NCBI GenBank assembly: GCA_965215565.1
Contig: CBDCDZ010000004.1
Span: 1,344,001 to 1,408,000 of the forward strand
Reading direction: 5' to 3'
DNA: 64,000 nt
Source: Trueperaceae bacterium
Lineage (GTDB): Bacteria > Deinococcota > Deinococci > Deinococcales > Trueperaceae
Shown: in pieces, positions 18,040 through 28,087 of the stretch
Layout of the letters: each line of letters opens with the position of its first letter
How positions within the stretch are numbered: position 1 is the first letter of the stretch
Made by a program: the position numbers and the translations under genes
The notes under the pieces: generated by a model
What the model saw: only the letters and a program-made list of their open reading frames with translations
Databases searched by the model: none
What the model was told of the DNA's origin: nothing

Positions 18040-18989
18040 GTCGTCCCGAGCAGCCCCATATCCCTGTCATGTTACGCGAATGTTTAGAGGGTTTAGATAT
18101 TCGCCAGGGCCACGTCTATATCGACGGAACCTTCGGTGCGGGCGGGCACAGCCAGGCGATCTTAGACGCGGGCGGCTCGGTTTTGGGCATCGACCGCGAT
18201 GAGAAAGCCCTGGCCTTCGCAGACAAACTCGACATCCCCGAGGGACAAATTTTTACCTTCGCACAGGGAAACTTTCGCCACTTAGACGAACACGCAAAAG
18301 AGGCCGACCTCTTTCCGGCTGCCGGTATCCTGCTTGACTTAGGCGTGTCGTCCATGCAACTCGATGAGGCGGAGCGCGGCTTCGCCTTTCGGCAGGCTGG
18401 ACCGCTCGACATGAGGATGGACGCTGGAGACAACAGCGAGAGCGAGTCGGCAGCGGACGTGGTCAACACCTACACGCAAGACGAGTTAGCCGCCATCATC
18501 TTCAAATACGGCGAGGAGCGTCACAGCCGCCGCATCGCCAGGCGCATCGTCGAGGAGCGGGCGACCTCTCCGATTGAGACGACGGAGGCGTTAGCTGACG
18601 TTATTCAGCGCGCGTACCCCGGCGGTTACAGACGCGACCATCCGGCGCGGCGCACCTTTCAAGCGCTACGCATCTTTGTCAACGACGAACTCGGCGCGTT
18701 GGAGGACGCCCTTCAAGCCGCCGAGCGGACGCTTCGCGTAGGTGGGCGGCTGGTGGTGCTCTCCTATCATTCTTTAGAAGACCGCATCGTCAAGCACTTC
18801 GGCAGGGGGAGCGGCGTGCTTACACCGCTGACCAAGCGTCCATTGACGGCGAGCGACGAGGAGATAGAGGTTAATCCCCGGGCTCGCAGCGCCAAGCTCC
18901 GCGTCGCTGTTCGCAACCAAGATTCGACTGAAGACTCAAACGACTCAATTGATAAAATCCTCTCCCCTGCCCCTTCGGAGGCGTTATGA
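18036..18989 (+). CDS. rsmH: 16S rRNA m4C1402 methyltransferase RsmH
   Basis: HIPVML, DGTFGAGGH, DLGVSSMQLD, PLDMRM, SYHSLED, NPRARSAKLR; start at the ATGA overlap. Confidence 0.95.
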   Translation: MSRPEQPHIPVMLRECLEGLDIRQGHVYIDGTFGAGGHSQAILDAGGSVLGIDRDEKALAFADKLDIPEGQIFTFAQGNFRHLDEHAKEADLFPAAGILLDLGVSSMQLDEAERGFAFRQAGPLDMRMDAGDNSESESAADVVNTYTQDELAAIIFKYGEERHSRRIARRIVEERATSPIETTEALADVIQRAYPGGYRRDHPARRTFQALRIFVNDELGALEDALQAAERTLRVGGRLVVLSYHSLEDRIVKHFGRGSGVLTPLTKRPLTASDEEIEVNPRARSAKLRVAVRNQDSTEDSNDSIDKILSPAPSEAL

Positions 18990-19306
18990 CCAGACGGAGC
19001 CAAAGCCTACTCACGCTCTACCTCGCGCTCATCCTCGCGCTCGCCGCGTTAGGCGCGCGCAACCAGGGCCGCCACCGCTACCACTTCTCCCTCTTGGAGA
19101 CCAAACGCGCGCTCCAGTACGAGTTGAGCGATTTGCGCAGCGAAGCCGCGCAGGTCAAAGGTCCTCTCGCGGTGCGCCGCTGGGCGCTCTCGCACGGCAT
19201 GATTTCGTCCCCCGAGGGAACGGAAGCCACCGAGATCGCGCCCACCTCCGGCCCTGAACCCGAAACTCCCGAAGTAGGCCTGGAGGTCCGTACGATATGG
19301 CGGTAA
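18986..19306 (+). CDS. ftsL: FtsL-like cell division protein
   Basis: One TM segment plus coiled coil, between rsmH and the PBP gene. Confidence 0.65.
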   Translation: MTRRSQSLLTLYLALILALAALGARNQGRHRYHFSLLETKRALQYELSDLRSEAAQVKGPLAVRRWALSHGMISSPEGTEATEIAPTSGPEPETPEVGLEVRTIWR

Positions 19307-20802
19307 GAGATACGAGGGCGCGGCTCTCAGCGAAGAGCAAGTCAGTGAAGCGCGGGCCTAAAAACACACACAAGAAAAAAGTCGCCGCTTACAAGACGCC
19401 TGAGAGTGAACCTGCGCCGCAGCTCCGCCTCCACAAGCGGGCGCTCTTTCTCGTCCTCCTCGCGCTGCCCCTCCTAGCGGCGCTCGGCGGCTTCGTCCGC
19501 TTGCAAGCCAAAGCGCCTGACCTGCCCGCCGCGCTCACTGAGGAGCCGAGGCGCGGGCTCATCCAAACGAGAGACGGTACTATCCTCGCCGAAGGTGCTG
19601 TCGAGCACCGCCGCTACCCGGAGGGGCGGCTCGCCGCGCATGTGGTTGGTTTTAGCGGCGCGGTGCAGCCCGACGGGAGGTTCGGTCTAGAGGGGCTCGA
19701 GTACGCCCTAGATAGGCGCTTGCAAGAGGGCGAAGACGTGACGCTGACCCTAGACCCGAGCCTCCAAGCCATCGCCCAAGCCGAGCTGCGCAAAGCTGCG
19801 CAGACCTTTGAGGCGGAGAACGGCGCGGTGGTGATGCTCGAGGCGAACACGGGGCGCGTCTTAGCTGCCGCCTCCTACCCCGAATTCGACCCCAAGAGAC
19901 AAGGACAGGTTGAAGAGCGCAGCATCATCAGCAACCGCGCATTTTTGCAGCAAGTCGAGCCCGGCTCCACTATGAAGCCTTTTGTGGTGGCTGCGCTCAT
20001 GGAAGCGGGGCGGCTCTCGCCAGACGAAACGCTGGAGGTCGGGCCTTACATGCGCGTCGGCACCCAGGACTTCCGCGACGTATCTTCGCACGACCCGGTC
20101 TTGAGCATCCCCGACATCTTACGAGTCTCAAGTAACGTCGGCATGATCAAGCTGGGCGAGCGCTTCTCGTCCGAAGAACTGTCCTCCTGGATGTATCATT
20201 TCGGCTTTGGGCGCGACGTCGGCTTGAACGCCGCATATACCCGCGACGGACGTATCAATCCCTGGCAGAACTGGGTGCCCCAAGACCACGCCTCCGCGAC
20301 CATCGGGCAGAGCGTCTCGACGACGGCGCTCCAACTCGCCGCCGCCTACAGCATCTTCGCGAACGACGGGGTTTACGTGCCGCCGCAACTTCTAGAAGAT
20401 GAGGTCACCTTCGAAGAGGTCAGAGGCGAACCCGTCCGCACAGGCGCGGTGCGGGTGCTCTCCTCGAGTACAGCGCAAAGTGTCAAGGACATGCTCGTCT
20501 ACACGGTGGAGAATAGCGGGCTCAGCGTCGCCAAGATTCCCGGCGTCAAAGTTGCGGGCAAGTCGGGGACGGCGGACGTCTTTGACAACGAAAAGGGCGA
20601 ATATATCAAAGCGGGCACGCTCCTCTTTGCAGGGATGTTTCCGGCGGACGCTCCCCGCGTCACGGCGGTGGTGTACCTGCAAAAACCCAAGGAAGAAAGC
20701 TTGAGCACCTACGTCGCCGCGCCCGTCTTTCGGGCGATCGGCAGCGAGACCGTCGCCCTCTGGGGGCTCCCGCCCAAACCCGGTCAGGTCGCGGGGCAAT
20801 AG
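19297..20802 (+). CDS. ftsI: Class B penicillin-binding protein (FtsI)
   Basis: EPGSTMK (SxxK), SSN, KSG motifs; N-terminal TM. Confidence 0.9.
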   Translation: MAVRDTRARLSAKSKSVKRGPKNTHKKKVAAYKTPESEPAPQLRLHKRALFLVLLALPLLAALGGFVRLQAKAPDLPAALTEEPRRGLIQTRDGTILAEGAVEHRRYPEGRLAAHVVGFSGAVQPDGRFGLEGLEYALDRRLQEGEDVTLTLDPSLQAIAQAELRKAAQTFEAENGAVVMLEANTGRVLAAASYPEFDPKRQGQVEERSIISNRAFLQQVEPGSTMKPFVVAALMEAGRLSPDETLEVGPYMRVGTQDFRDVSSHDPVLSIPDILRVSSNVGMIKLGERFSSEELSSWMYHFGFGRDVGLNAAYTRDGRINPWQNWVPQDHASATIGQSVSTTALQLAAAYSIFANDGVYVPPQLLEDEVTFEEVRGEPVRTGAVRVLSSSTAQSVKDMLVYTVENSGLSVAKIPGVKVAGKSGTADVFDNEKGEYIKAGTLLFAGMFPADAPRVTAVVYLQKPKEESLSTYVAAPVFRAIGSETVALWGLPPKPGQVAGQ

Positions 20803-20818
20803 AGGTATAGTGTCCTCT

Positions 20819-20875
20819 ATGAGCCAGATGGTGACGCAGCATACGAAAGACGAGCGGGGGAACGCTGCGCTGTGA
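20819..20875 (+). CDS. Possible leaderless 18-aa uORF coupled to murF
   Basis: TATAGT 7 nt before ATG 20819; TGA (20873-20875) overlaps the murF GTG (20872). Confidence 0.35.
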   Translation: MSQMVTQHTKDERGNAAL

Positions 20876-22200
20876 CGCCATTGTCACCTCAATTTGTCGC
20901 TGCTACGGCGGGCGTGTCGCTCGAGTCTAGGTCCCTACAAGACGCGAGCGGCGTGAGCTTTCACTCGGCGCGTGTTCATCCCGGCGACGCCTTTTTCGCG
21001 CTCCCCGGAGCGGCGGGACACGGACTCGCGTACGCGGACCAAGCGTTAGCTGCAGGCGCAGCTTTCATCGTTTCGGACAGGCCGCATCCGCGCGGGCTTC
21101 GGGTTGAGAACCCAGCGCAAGTTCTTCTCGACTTGGGCAAACATGCGAGAGGCCAACTCAGAGGTCCTGTCGTTGGCGTGACCGGTTCAGCAGGTAAAAC
21201 GAGCACCAAAGCGATGCTCGCAGCGGCGCTGGGCGCGGCGGCGAGTCCGGGCAACTTCAACACGCCGCTCGCGCTGGCGCAGGTCCTCATAGGCGCTTGG
21301 TTGCAGAGAAAAACGTCGGAAAACGAGAGGTTGGTCCTCGAGCTAGGCATCGACTTCGTCGGCGAGATGGACCAGCTCGTCGCGTTGGCTAAACCCACCC
21401 ACGCCGTTCTCACCCTGATTGCGGAGAGCCACCTGAGCGCCCTGGGCAACGTCGAGACCGTCGCGAGAGAAAAGCTCAAGCTCGTGGACGCGGCCGAACA
21501 CGCCTTCGTCAGCGAGCAAGCTGCACCCTTTACGAACGAGGATCAGCGTGAGAAAAGCACCGTCTACGGGCTCGGCGCAGAGGCAGACTTTTCAGGTGTT
21601 GTGACCGATGTATCGCCAATAGGTCAACGGCTGCAAGTCGGCGGCGTCACGTTTACGCTTCCCTACTTGGGCGACGCGATGGCGCGAAACGCGGTGGCAG
21701 CGGTGGGCGTGGCGCGGCATTTCGGGCTCGGTTTGGACGAAGTCGCTAAGAGGTTGAGCGAGGTGAGGCTCGAGCCCGGACGCTTAGAGGTCAAACGGAC
21801 CGGCAACCTCACCCTTATCGATGACTCGTATAACAGCAACCCCGCGTCGGCGGCGGTGGCTCTGGGCGTTCTGCGCCAATTCCCGAAACCTCACACCGCT
21901 GTTTTGGGCGACATGTTAGAACTCGGCGTGGTGTCAGAAGTGCGTCACCGTGACCTAGGTAAGCAGACGTTGGATTTGGACTACCTCTTTGCCGTGGGCG
22001 ACGAAGCGCGGTTCGTTGCGGCAGAAAATCCGCGCGCAGTTCACCTCGCTTCGGAGGACCTCTTAGACGTTATAGATGCGCTCCCCACTCACGGAACGGT
22101 GCTCGTCAAGGGCTCGAGGGGAACGCGGCTCGAGCGGCTCGTCCAGGCGCTACTCGAAGCGAACGCTAAAATCTCCCAACAAGAGGTGAGCGCGCCGTGA
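20872..22200 (+). CDS. murF: UDP-MurNAc-tripeptide--D-Ala-D-Ala ligase
   Basis: GVTGSAGKTSTK, GNFNT, LELG, DDSYNSNP, LGDMLELG, VKGSRG. Confidence 0.93.
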   Translation: MTPLSPQFVAATAGVSLESRSLQDASGVSFHSARVHPGDAFFALPGAAGHGLAYADQALAAGAAFIVSDRPHPRGLRVENPAQVLLDLGKHARGQLRGPVVGVTGSAGKTSTKAMLAAALGAAASPGNFNTPLALAQVLIGAWLQRKTSENERLVLELGIDFVGEMDQLVALAKPTHAVLTLIAESHLSALGNVETVAREKLKLVDAAEHAFVSEQAAPFTNEDQREKSTVYGLGAEADFSGVVTDVSPIGQRLQVGGVTFTLPYLGDAMARNAVAAVGVARHFGLGLDEVAKRLSEVRLEPGRLEVKRTGNLTLIDDSYNSNPASAAVALGVLRQFPKPHTAVLGDMLELGVVSEVRHRDLGKQTLDLDYLFAVGDEARFVAAENPRAVHLASEDLLDVIDALPTHGTVLVKGSRGTRLERLVQALLEANAKISQQEVSAP

Positions 22201-23120
22201 TCGTTCTCTGGTCCGCCCTCTCATCGCTCTTGCTCGTGGGCGTCTTTATTCAGCTTGCGGGGCGCTACGGCTGGGGCAAAGGGATACGGCGCGACGGACC
22301 CCCAAGCCACCTCAAAAAGGAGGGCACGCCGACGATGGGCGGCGCAGCCTTTCTGCTCGCCGCGCTCTTCACGTGGCTCCTCGCCGGTGAGCCGAGCTTC
22401 GACGGGCTCGCCGTCGTCATGCTGACCTTCGCCGCCGCCCTCTTGGGGCTCTACGATGACCTCTTGGCGCTCCGCCGCAAACGCCGCGCCCTCATCCATG
22501 AACAGGGTGGTGAGGACGACACAACGGGGCTCTTGGCGCGTTACCGCTTGCTCGTCCAGGGCGCGCTCGCCTTCGCCTTTTCTCTCTACGCCGTGCGGGG
22601 CGGCTACACGCTCTTCGATATTCAAGTGTTTGACCTCTTGGCCTTCACCTTTATTATCATGGGCACCATCAACGCCGTGAACTTCAGCGACGGGCTGGAC
22701 GGGCTCGCGGGCGGCATGACGGCGCTTATCTTGCTGCCGTTTAGCGGGGTCAGCTTTATCGCGGCTTTGATCGGTTCACTTTTAGGGTTTCTCTGGTATA
22801 ACGGCTCGCCTGCGCGAGTTTTCATGGGCGGCGTCGGCTCGGAGGGGCTCGGCGCGGCGGTGGCGGGCGTCGCCATCTTGTCCGGTTGGGTGTGGTGGCT
22901 GCCGCTCATCGCCCTCATCCCTGTGCTAGAGGTCTTATCCGTTATCATCCAAGTGACGTACTTTCGGGCGACGGGCGGCAAGAGGTTTTTCAAGATGAGC
23001 CCGCTGCACCATCACTTCGAACTCTCCGGGTGGTCGGAGACGCAAGTGGTCACGCGCTTTTGGCTCGTGACGGCGGTGTGCGTGGCGGTGGCGTGGAGCG
23101 CGCAAAGAGGTCTTTCATGA
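22197..23120 (+). CDS. mraY: Phospho-N-acetylmuramoyl-pentapeptide transferase
   Basis: KEGTPTMGG, NAVNFSDGLDGLA, MSPLHHHFE. Confidence 0.95.
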   Translation: MIVLWSALSSLLLVGVFIQLAGRYGWGKGIRRDGPPSHLKKEGTPTMGGAAFLLAALFTWLLAGEPSFDGLAVVMLTFAAALLGLYDDLLALRRKRRALIHEQGGEDDTTGLLARYRLLVQGALAFAFSLYAVRGGYTLFDIQVFDLLAFTFIIMGTINAVNFSDGLDGLAGGMTALILLPFSGVSFIAALIGSLLGFLWYNGSPARVFMGGVGSEGLGAAVAGVAILSGWVWWLPLIALIPVLEVLSVIIQVTYFRATGGKRFFKMSPLHHHFELSGWSETQVVTRFWLVTAVCVAVAWSAQRGLS

Positions 23121-24499
23121 GAGCGCTTGTGTACGGTTTAGGGCGCAGCGGCGTCGCTGTAGGTAAGCTCTTGCGCTCGCAAGGTCATGAGGTCGTCTAC
23201 TTCGATGAAAACGTTGAGGCCTCGCCCGAATTGGACGCGCTCGGCTGCGAACGGGCGAACACACCTCTTGAGCACGCGAACATAGATGTCTGTATCGCGG
23301 CTCCGGGCGTCCCCTATGACCATCCCGACTTAGAGGCGTTGAGGGACCGCGGCGTTGACACCATCGGCGAAGTCGAGTGGGTGTATAGAACGGTAGACGC
23401 AGAAATCATCGGCATCACGGGTACGGCGGGTAAAGGCACCGTCACGCGCTGGACGAGCGACGTGCTGCGCTCAGCGGGGCTGGACGCGCCCGCCGGGGGC
23501 AACATCGACCCGGCGCTCGCAGAGGTAGCGGGGGCAGGCAAGACGCTCGTCGTGGAGATGTCGTCGTTTATGCTCGAGCGCACGCCCACCCTTAAACCTC
23601 TTATCGCTGCCGCCCTCAATCTAGATATAGACCACTTAGACCGCCACGGCAGCGTGGCAGCCTATCACGCAGCTAAGCGCAATCTTATTCGTAACGTGGA
23701 CGAAAGCTGTACCTTTATCTACAACGCCGACGACGCAACCTTGCGCGACTGGGCAACCGAGGCGCAGCAGAAGAACGCTGAGGTTCGCTTCTTTAGCACA
23801 ACCCAACCTGCGAACGCTTATCTGAACGACGATTCTATCTTTTTAGACGGAGACCCGCTTATGCCGCTCAGTGATTTACAGATTCAAGGCGCGCACCATC
23901 GCGCCAACGCGCTCGCCGTGACCCTCATCTGCCAGGCGAAGGGCTTGTCACGAGAGGAGATTCGAAGGGGTTTAGCCGAGTTCACGGGCGTCCCCGGACC
24001 CTACAGCTTGGTTAAGACCATAGGTAAGGTTCGCTTCATCGAGGATTCGATTGCGACACGCTCGCTCTCGGTTCGGGCTGCGCTGGAAGCCACACCTGCG
24101 CCTATCGTGTGGCTCGCAGGTGGACAGGATAAGGGCGCGGACTTCACCGCTTTAGAACCGCTTATCCGAGCTAAGGTGGCACTTTTTATCGGCATCGGCG
24201 TATCGGGTGAGCGGTTCGCTGAGGCTGTTTCGCCCTGGACGCAGACGGTTGTGGTTGAGGTTGAGGATGGTCAGGCAGCCATGCACCAAGCGGCGCAGCA
24301 AGCCGCAAAGTTTTTACAGGATTTCCCGCAAGGCGGTACGGTTTTACTCGCGCCTCTCGCCGCGTCGTTTGATCAATTTAAGGATTACAAGGAGAGGGCT
24401 CGAGCCTTTAGGGACGCGGTTCACGCTTTGGAAAACTCGTTGGAATTCCAAACCACGCCACAGGAAGAACGAGGGGAGGTCTCGTGGACCCGCTCTTAG
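23117..24499 (+). CDS. murD: UDP-MurNAc-L-Ala--D-glutamate ligase
   Basis: GLGRSG, GITGTAGKGT, EMSSF, DHLDRH, GGQDKG, ASFDQF; start at the ATGA overlap. Confidence 0.92.
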   Translation: MRALVYGLGRSGVAVGKLLRSQGHEVVYFDENVEASPELDALGCERANTPLEHANIDVCIAAPGVPYDHPDLEALRDRGVDTIGEVEWVYRTVDAEIIGITGTAGKGTVTRWTSDVLRSAGLDAPAGGNIDPALAEVAGAGKTLVVEMSSFMLERTPTLKPLIAAALNLDIDHLDRHGSVAAYHAAKRNLIRNVDESCTFIYNADDATLRDWATEAQQKNAEVRFFSTTQPANAYLNDDSIFLDGDPLMPLSDLQIQGAHHRANALAVTLICQAKGLSREEIRRGLAEFTGVPGPYSLVKTIGKVRFIEDSIATRSLSVRAALEATPAPIVWLAGGQDKGADFTALEPLIRAKVALFIGIGVSGERFAEAVSPWTQTVVVEVEDGQAAMHQAAQQAAKFLQDFPQGGTVLLAPLAASFDQFKDYKERARAFRDAVHALENSLEFQTTPQEERGEVSWTRS

Positions 24500-25560
24500 T
24501 CTTTACGCAGCTCATCTTGGGCACGTTGGGCGTGCTGGGCGTCGCCACGAGCGCGCCCGAGCTGTGGCCCGCCCACCTCTTGCGCGTGCTCGCAGGGCTC
24601 GCCCTCACCTTTTTAGCCTCGCGCGTCTCGCCGCAGCGCGTGGTGCGCCTCAGCCCTTACGCCTACGTGGGCGTGCTCGTTCTCTTGGCGGCGGTCCTCA
24701 TCGTCGGCATCTCGCCCGAAGGCAGCGACGCAAAGCGCTGGCTCGACTTGGGCGTGTTCACACTGCAACCTTCCGAGCTGATGAAGGTGACCGTCATCGC
24801 CTACCTGACGGCTTTTTTTTACAACCACCTGGGTGACTGGCAGATTTGGCGGCCCATGTTCGTCATCGGTTTGGCGGCGGGGCTCATCGTGGCGGAGCCG
24901 GACGTGAGCACGGCGGGCTTTATCTTTCTCTTGGCGTTCGCCATCATGTTAGCGGCGGGCACGACTGTCGTGCGGCTGCTGAGTATTACGACAGCGGCGG
25001 CTATTGTCGCCGTCCTTATCGCAGGACCGTATCTCAGCGAATATACCTATATCGGTGACCGCATCAGGGGCTTTGAAGACCTCTGGGGAGCGCAAGAACA
25101 GGCGCAGACCGAAAGCTATCAGGCGGTGCAGGCGCAACGCACCCTCGTTCGCGCCGGGCTTTTCGGCGTCGGACCGGGCGAGATCATCCGCGTACCGGAG
25201 GCGGACACGGACATGATCGCGATTTCGGTGGCGCACGCGCTCGGGCTTTTAGGTGTAGCGACGCTCTTCGCGCTCTACATCTTTATTGCGTGGCGGGGGC
25301 TGAGCATCGCCTCGAGCCTCGCCGGACCCGGCTCGCTCTTAGCGGCGGGGGCGACGGCCTACATCTGCGGTCAAGCGGCGCTGAATTTACTTGTCGCTTC
25401 AGGTCTCGTGCCCGTAACAGGGATTCCCTTGCCGTTTGTTTCTTACGGGCAAAACAGTCTCTTCTCGGTGGCGATTGCGATGGGGTTCATTCACAGCGCC
25501 TACCGCATTTCTCAGAATCCTGAACTGGCAGCACAAAACGCTAAGGAGAAAACCGCGTGA
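24484..25560 (+). CDS. ftsW: SEDS peptidoglycan polymerase FtsW
   Basis: AKRWL, QPSELMK, EPD, PVTGIPLPFVSYG. Confidence 0.92.
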   Translation: MDPLLVFTQLILGTLGVLGVATSAPELWPAHLLRVLAGLALTFLASRVSPQRVVRLSPYAYVGVLVLLAAVLIVGISPEGSDAKRWLDLGVFTLQPSELMKVTVIAYLTAFFYNHLGDWQIWRPMFVIGLAAGLIVAEPDVSTAGFIFLLAFAIMLAAGTTVVRLLSITTAAAIVAVLIAGPYLSEYTYIGDRIRGFEDLWGAQEQAQTESYQAVQAQRTLVRAGLFGVGPGEIIRVPEADTDMIAISVAHALGLLGVATLFALYIFIAWRGLSIASSLAGPGSLLAAGATAYICGQAALNLLVASGLVPVTGIPLPFVSYGQNSLFSVAIAMGFIHSAYRISQNPELAAQNAKEKTA

Positions 25561-26717
25561 CTCGCGTTCTCCTCGCGACAGGCGGCACGGGTGGGCACAT
25601 CTACCCGGCGCTCGCCACCGCAGAGGAACTCGCGGCGCGCGGCTACGAAGTTGCCTTCATCGGACAGCGCGGCGGCATGGAGGCGCGGCTCGTGCCGGAA
25701 ACAGGCTTCGACTTTCACGGCGTCCGGGCAGGCAAGTGGCACCGGGGCAGCCCGGACCCGCGTCAGGCGGTTCAGGCGGGGCTGGGGCTATGGGACGCGG
25801 TCAAAGTCGTGCGCGAACTCAAACCGCTCATCGTCGTCGGCTTCGGCGGCTTCGCGAGTTTTCCGGGGTTGGCAGCCGCCACAGCGCTGCGCGTCCCGGT
25901 TGCGCTGCACGAGCAAAACGCGCTTCCCGGCAAGGTCACGCGCTGGTTTGCTCACCGCGCCGCCTTTGTCGCTACCGCCAACGAAGAGGTCGCGGCACAT
26001 TTACCCCTTCACCGGAGCAAACTCGTTCAGGTTGGCGTACCCGTGCGGGAGGCGCGCGTCGATAAACGCGGCGCGCGGCGTCAGCTCGGCTTCGCAGAAA
26101 CGGACGTGCTCACGCTGGTGATGGGCGGAAGTCAGGGGTCTGCCTTTCTCAACGAACACGCGCCGAAAGCGTTCGCGGGCCTCTCTCGGTCCTTACAAGG
26201 ACACTCTCTCAGCGTCTTACACAGCAGCGGCGAGCGGCATCTGAAAGGGGTCAAGGCCCTAGCCGAAGGGGTACCTAACTACCGCGTGGACAGCTTTGTA
26301 GACGCCGTGGTAGCCTGGTCTGCGGCGGATTTAGCGATCACCAGAGCGGGCAACGGCACGCTTGCGGAGGCGGCCTTTCACGGGGTACCTCTCGTGATGG
26401 TCCCGCTCGCCTCTTCGGCCGAAAACCATCAACTGCATAACGCGAGGGCGGTAGCAGCCGCTGGCGCAGGGCGAGTCGTGGAAGAGCGTGACGCAGGGCA
26501 GCTCGCGGCGGCGTGGCAGGCTCTCCTAGTTCCTGCGCCGCGCCGAGCTGCGGCGAAGGCGGCGCGGCAGCGTTCGCCCGAAGGTGCGGCGGCGCGGCTC
26601 GCGCGGCTTATCGACGAATCCGTGAACGCCTCAACGAACACTCGGTCACCAGACAAAGATTTTCACGCGGCGCACGCCTCTCAGCGGGGTGCAAAGCGTG
26701 TTCGGGAGCAACGATGA
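25557..26717 (+). CDS. murG: Undecaprenyl-PP-MurNAc-pentapeptide GlcNAc transferase
   Basis: GGTGGHIYP, GFGGF, HEQN, GGSQG, HQLHNA. Confidence 0.95.
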   Translation: MTRVLLATGGTGGHIYPALATAEELAARGYEVAFIGQRGGMEARLVPETGFDFHGVRAGKWHRGSPDPRQAVQAGLGLWDAVKVVRELKPLIVVGFGGFASFPGLAAATALRVPVALHEQNALPGKVTRWFAHRAAFVATANEEVAAHLPLHRSKLVQVGVPVREARVDKRGARRQLGFAETDVLTLVMGGSQGSAFLNEHAPKAFAGLSRSLQGHSLSVLHSSGERHLKGVKALAEGVPNYRVDSFVDAVVAWSAADLAITRAGNGTLAEAAFHGVPLVMVPLASSAENHQLHNARAVAAAGAGRVVEERDAGQLAAAWQALLVPAPRRAAAKAARQRSPEGAAARLARLIDESVNASTNTRSPDKDFHAAHASQRGAKRVREQR

Positions 26718-28087
26718 AGTCTCACTTACATTTTATGGGCATCGGCGGAGTTGGCATGAGTGGCTTAGCCAGGTGGTACGCGGCTGACGGATACAGGGTC
26801 TCGGGGTGCGATATCGGACTCAGCGAGGAGATAGAATCCCTTCAAGATGAGGGGGTAGCGGTGGACTTAGAGCACAACCCCGCCCACGTTGAACACATCG
26901 ACGCCCTCATCAGCACCATGGCTGTGCCCGCGACGCACCCCGAAATCGGCGCGGCGAAAGCGCAGGGCAAGCGCACCCTGCGGCGCATCGAACTCTTGGC
27001 GGAACTTTTAGCCGAACATAAGAGCGTCACGGTGACAGGCACGCACGGCAAGAGCACGACGACGGGCATGATCGCTACGCTCTTTTTGGAAGCGGGTACG
27101 GACCCCTCAGTATTGGTGGGCGGGCAGTTGGACATCGTGGGCGGCAACGTCCGCTACGGGCAGGGCGAGCGCCTCATCGCCGAGGTGGACGAGTCGGACC
27201 CCGGCTTCGCGTACCTCCCTTCCGACATCGCGGTCATCACCAACTTAGAAGATGACCACATCGCAGGCAGCTTCGCCGAGCGGCGCAACTATCACGAGAG
27301 CTTGGACGATTTAGAGCGCGCGACGCAGCGCTTCGCCGAACGCGCTAACTTCGTCCTGTACTGCGCGGATTGGGCGGGCTTAGCGCCGCTCTTGGCAAGC
27401 GACAAAGCTTTCACGTACGGGCTCAGCGAGCACGCGACGTACCGCGCAGAAGTGACGGCGCTGCGGGCGATGGGGAGCAGCTTTAAGTTGCACACCCCTG
27501 ACGGCTGCGTAGAGGTCCACGTGCACGTGCCCGGCGAATACAACGTGCAAAACGCGGCGGCGGCGCTCGCGGCGGCGCATTTAGCGGGGCTCGAGCTAGA
27601 AACCGCCGCCCAGCACCTCAGCAAATTCACGGGCATCGGGCGGCGCTGGCAGAGGCGCGGGAGCGCCCAAGGCGCACTCGTTATCGACGATTACGCGCAC
27701 CATCCGACGGAGGTCAGCGTCACGCTCACGGCTGCTAAGCACACCGGGCGGCGCGTCCGCGCAGTTTTGCAACCTCACCGTTGGGTGCGCACCGCGAGGC
27801 ACTGGCCCGCGCTGGCCGACGCCGCGAGCCTCGCCGACGAAATCATCGTGTTGGATGTCTACGCCGCTGGCGAAAAGGCCATCCCCGGCATCTCGCCCGA
27901 GCTTATCGTGGACCGGCTCCGCGAAGGGGGCAAAAAAGCGAGCTACCACAGCGCCGCCTCAGCGGAGCGCTATTTGGCTGAAACGTTAGAAGAGCGTGAC
28001 TTAGTGATCACCCTCGGCGCGGGCGACGTGTGGCGCGTCGCTGAAGGGATTGTCAGGGCTCGAGGCGGTGACGATGACTCCGCTTAG
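26714..28087 (+). CDS. murC: UDP-N-acetylmuramate--L-alanine ligase
   Basis: HFMGIGGVGMSGLA, GTHGKSTTT, EVDESD, DDYAHHPTE, QPHR. Confidence 0.95.
   Translation: MKSHLHFMGIGGVGMSGLARWYAADGYRVSGCDIGLSEEIESLQDEGVAVDLEHNPAHVEHIDALISTMAVPATHPEIGAAKAQGKRTLRRIELLAELLAEHKSVTVTGTHGKSTTTGMIATLFLEAGTDPSVLVGGQLDIVGGNVRYGQGERLIAEVDESDPGFAYLPSDIAVITNLEDDHIAGSFAERRNYHESLDDLERATQRFAERANFVLYCADWAGLAPLLASDKAFTYGLSEHATYRAEVTALRAMGSSFKLHTPDGCVEVHVHVPGEYNVQNAAAALAAAHLAGLELETAAQHLSKFTGIGRRWQRRGSAQGALVIDDYAHHPTEVSVTLTAAKHTGRRVRAVLQPHRWVRTARHWPALADAASLADEIIVLDVYAAGEKAIPGISPELIVDRLREGGKKASYHSAASAERYLAETLEERDLVITLGAGDVWRVAEGIVRARGGDDDSA

Noticed and set aside
20802..20872. Absence of murE and ddl from the dcw cluster as a novelty
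   Set aside because: To my knowledge this order is normal for Thermus-type clusters; the genes are probably elsewhere.
23117..24499. Non-canonical MurD motifs (GTAGKGT, EDSIAT) as a sign of inactivation
   Set aside because: The ORF is full length and in its normal position; I recall similar variants in Deinococcota MurD.
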